Source: an uncultured Actinomycetota bacterium (GTDB lineage Bacteria; Actinomycetota; Actinomycetes; CAWDCV01). From it: a DNA stretch of 64,000 nucleotides. The stretch's first letter is position 1; each line of letters starts with the position of its first letter. A model generated the notes under the pieces. The model saw only the letters and a program-made list of their open reading frames with translations, was not told where the DNA came from and searched no databases. Location of the stretch: the NCBI GenBank assembly GCA_963728125.1, contig CAVSIZ010000001.1, positions 99,142 to 163,141 on the forward strand. The letters run 5' to 3'. Shown one piece after another: positions 61,804 to 64,000 of the stretch. The position numbers and the translations under genes are program-made.

Positions 61804-64000
61804 GTGCAGTTCAGGATCCTCGGTCCCCTTGACGTGGTTGCGAACGGGCAGCCGCTTGGGCTGGGACGGCGCAAGCAGCGTGCGGTGCTCGCGATCCTGC
61901 TGCTGGACGCCAATCGCGTCGTCGGACTGGATCGACTCGTCGACGAGCTGTGGGGTGACGAACCACCGGCACAGGCCATCGGCTCGCTGCAGGCGTACGT
62001 GTCCCACCTGCGGCGTCTGCTCGAACCCGACCGGTCGGCCCGTACGCCGCCTCGCGTCCTCATCAGTCAGTCCCCCGGCTACCGGCTCGTGGTCGCTGCC
62101 GACGACCTCGACGCCGCCCGGTTCGAAGCACGCGCAAGACAGGGCCGCACCCTGCTCGAGGCCGGCGAGCACCGAGGAGCGGCCAACGCTCTGGCGGAGG
62201 GACTGAGCCTGTGGCGTGGGCCGGTCCTGGCCGACTTTCAGAACGCTGCCTTCACGTCGGCTGAACGGGCGCGGCTGGACGAGCTGCGCGTCGTGGCTCA
62301 GGAGGATCGGGCCACCGTCGAACTGGCGCTGGGCCGGCACGCGGCCATGGTGGCGGAACTGGAACAGCTGGTAGCCATCCACCCGTTCCGGGAAGGTTTG
62401 CGTGGCCTGCTGATGCTGGCGCTGTACCGCTCTGGGCGGCAGGCGGAAGCGTTGCAGGCATATCGGGACGCCAGCCGGGCGTTGCGTGACGAGCTCGGTG
62501 TCGATCCAAGCCCGCAGCTACGCCAGCTCGAGGACAGCATCCTGCAGCAGTCACCCCAGCTGGACTGGACGCCGGCCCCGGTGCCGATCCGCCTTCAGCC
62601 AATGGCGTCGCAGGATCCGCCCGTGCCGCCAGCGGGCTTCGCCAACGTATTAATCGGTCGGGAGCAGCAGCTCGTCGCGCTGCAGGATGCGCTCACCGAG
62701 GTCGCAGTTGGGGACGGCCGGGTGGTCCTGGTGGCCGGCGAGCCAGGGATCGGCAAGACCCGGCTGGCCGAGGAGGTCGCGCAGCAGGCCACGCGTGGTG
62801 GCGTGGCAGTGGCGTGGGGCCGGTGCTCGGAGGAGCAGGGCGCACCGCCCTTCTGGCCGTGGGTGCAGGTCCTGCGCGAACTCCTCGCCGATGTGCCGCC
62901 CGAGCGACTACCGGCCGTTGTGGGCTCCGAGGGACCGGAGCTGACTCAGCTCGTACCCGAGCTGGGCGAGGTCACGGGAGCGGCCGCATCCCTCGCGGTG
63001 CTCGACGTCGAAGCGGTCCGGTTCCGGCTATGTCATGCGGCGGCGAGCCTGCTGCGTCGCCTGGCGAGCAATCGGACGCTGTTGCTGATCGTGGACGATC
63101 TTCAATGGGCGGATGCCGCTTCTCTTCGACTGCTGTCGACCCTCGCGAGCACACTTCGCGGATCTCGGGTGTTGGTCGTCGGAACCTACCGAAGCCACGA
63201 CGCGGACGGTGGTGGTCGACTGCCGCACACATTGGCCGTGCTCGCTCGAGAGTCCGCAGTAAACCGGATAATGCTCCCTGGTCTCACCCGTGTTCAGGTC
63301 GGTCAGATGATCACCGCTGAGCTGGGTGCCGAACCCGACCCGGGGCTGACGCGCCTGGTGCACGAGCGCACCGACGGCAACCCCTTCTTCGTCGTCGAAT
63401 TGCTCCGGCTGCTGGGCAGCGACGATCAACTGGCGGCCGCCCAGGACATTCCGGCCGGAGTGCGCGACGTGTTGCGGCAGCGCCTGGCTCAGCTCCCGGA
63501 GCAGACCAATACCGTCCTTCTGGTCGCCGCCGTTGTCGGTCGTGAGTTCGATCTGGACACCGTGATTGCCGTGACCGGCCTGAACGACGACCAGGCCCTG
63601 GACGCCGTGGAAGTTGCGCTGCTCTCGGGGCTGGTAGTTGAAGACGCCGAGACGGTCGGCCGCTTCCGCTTTGCGCACGCCCTTGTCCGCGAGGCGATCT
63701 ACGACGACGTGAGCCGGGTACGTCGTGCCCGGCTGCACGCCCGCGTCGCGAAGGCATTCGAGGAACGTCAGGGCGTGGAGGACAGCGAGCACGCCATCGC
63801 GCTCGCGTACCACTGGTGGTCAGCAGCCCCGGTGGTCGGCGCCGACGCGGTCCTGCCGCACCTGCTCGCCGGCGCTGACCAGGCCATGAGCCGGCTCGGT
63901 CACGAGGAGGCCGAGCAGCAGCTACGTCGCGCGCTGGAGCTGCTGGCGTCCATGCCGCCGTCAACCGAGCGCACCCAGTCCGAGCTCGCCGTGCAGCTGC
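61804..64000 (+). CDS. SARP/AfsR-family transcriptional regulator (OmpR-type wHTH + BTAD + NB-ARC/AAA ATPase), 5' part; it continues past the window end
   Basis: N-terminal VQFRILGPLDVVANGQPLGLGRRKQRAVLAILLL (SARP DNA-binding domain), a BTAD region, Walker A GEPGIGKTRLAEE and Walker B LLLIVDDLQWAD. It starts at GTG; the frame is open to the window end. Confidence 0.8.
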   Translation, partial: MQFRILGPLDVVANGQPLGLGRRKQRAVLAILLLDANRVVGLDRLVDELWGDEPPAQAIGSLQAYVSHLRRLLEPDRSARTPPRVLISQSPGYRLVVAADDLDAARFEARARQGRTLLEAGEHRGAANALAEGLSLWRGPVLADFQNAAFTSAERARLDELRVVAQEDRATVELALGRHAAMVAELEQLVAIHPFREGLRGLLMLALYRSGRQAEALQAYRDASRALRDELGVDPSPQLRQLEDSILQQSPQLDWTPAPVPIRLQPMASQDPPVPPAGFANVLIGREQQLVALQDALTEVAVGDGRVVLVAGEPGIGKTRLAEEVAQQATRGGVAVAWGRCSEEQGAPPFWPWVQVLRELLADVPPERLPAVVGSEGPELTQLVPELGEVTGAAASLAVLDVEAVRFRLCHAAASLLRRLASNRTLLLIVDDLQWADAASLRLLSTLASTLRGSRVLVVGTYRSHDADGGGRLPHTLAVLARESAVNRIMLPGLTRVQVGQMITAELGAEPDPGLTRLVHERTDGNPFFVVELLRLLGSDDQLAAAQDIPAGVRDVLRQRLAQLPEQTNTVLLVAAVVGREFDLDTVIAVTGLNDDQALDAVEVALLSGLVVEDAETVGRFRFAHALVREAIYDDVSRVRRARLHARVAKAFEERQGVEDSEHAIALAYHWWSAAPVVGADAVLPHLLAGADQAMSRLGHEEAEQQLRRALELLASMPPSTERTQSELAVQL

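Overview
High-GC (about 70%) actinobacterial core-genome window; nearly all of it is coding, mostly on the minus strand. No tRNA, rRNA or CRISPR array was found. Most of the window contains two conserved housekeeping gene blocks joined by shorter unrelated stretches, and both resemble arrangements known in mycobacteria. Block 1 (1-19 kb): IcmA-like mutase (partial), DD-carboxypeptidase, YihY, LigT, trpS, CNNM transporter, icd-mdh, folD, purH-purN, PerM-like membrane protein, sucD-sucC, and a small B12-binding IcmB-like protein. Block 2 (37-61 kb): choD-like oxidase, ALDH, guaB3-like, guaB, anti-sigma/sigma pair, MerR regulator, whiB, groEL-groES (CIRCE upstream), two methyltransferases, tsaD-rimI-tsaB, then tsaE, UDG, hydrolase, alr, a split nnr and acpS. 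A SARP/AfsR-type regulator runs off the 3' end. Between the blocks lie pcrA, a PIG-L deacetylase, two NarL-type two-component systems (one with PspC-domain partners), glpQ, guaA, an F420 oxidoreductase, an ABC-2 exporter, and a decayed LacI/amidohydrolase remnant. The most unusual content is not a gene. There are three families of short GC-rich hairpin or palindromic repeats in intergenic regions. Family 1 is MITE-like, with 14-bp terminal inverted repeats AAAGGATCATGGGC around a conserved loop CAACGACACGCCGG. Two inverted copies of family 1 flank a DUF559/AbiEi-like gene that, together with a fadD, interrupts the otherwise conserved tsaE/tsaB-rimI-tsaD operon; one copy supplies the C-terminus and stop of tsaE. 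Family 2 is a 54-nt motif ending at the start codons of TCA-cycle genes. Family 3 is a 50-bp palindrome about 32 nt upstream of a CNNM transporter gene and of a sensor-kinase gene. No complete novel multi-gene system (for example a defence island) is evident in this window.
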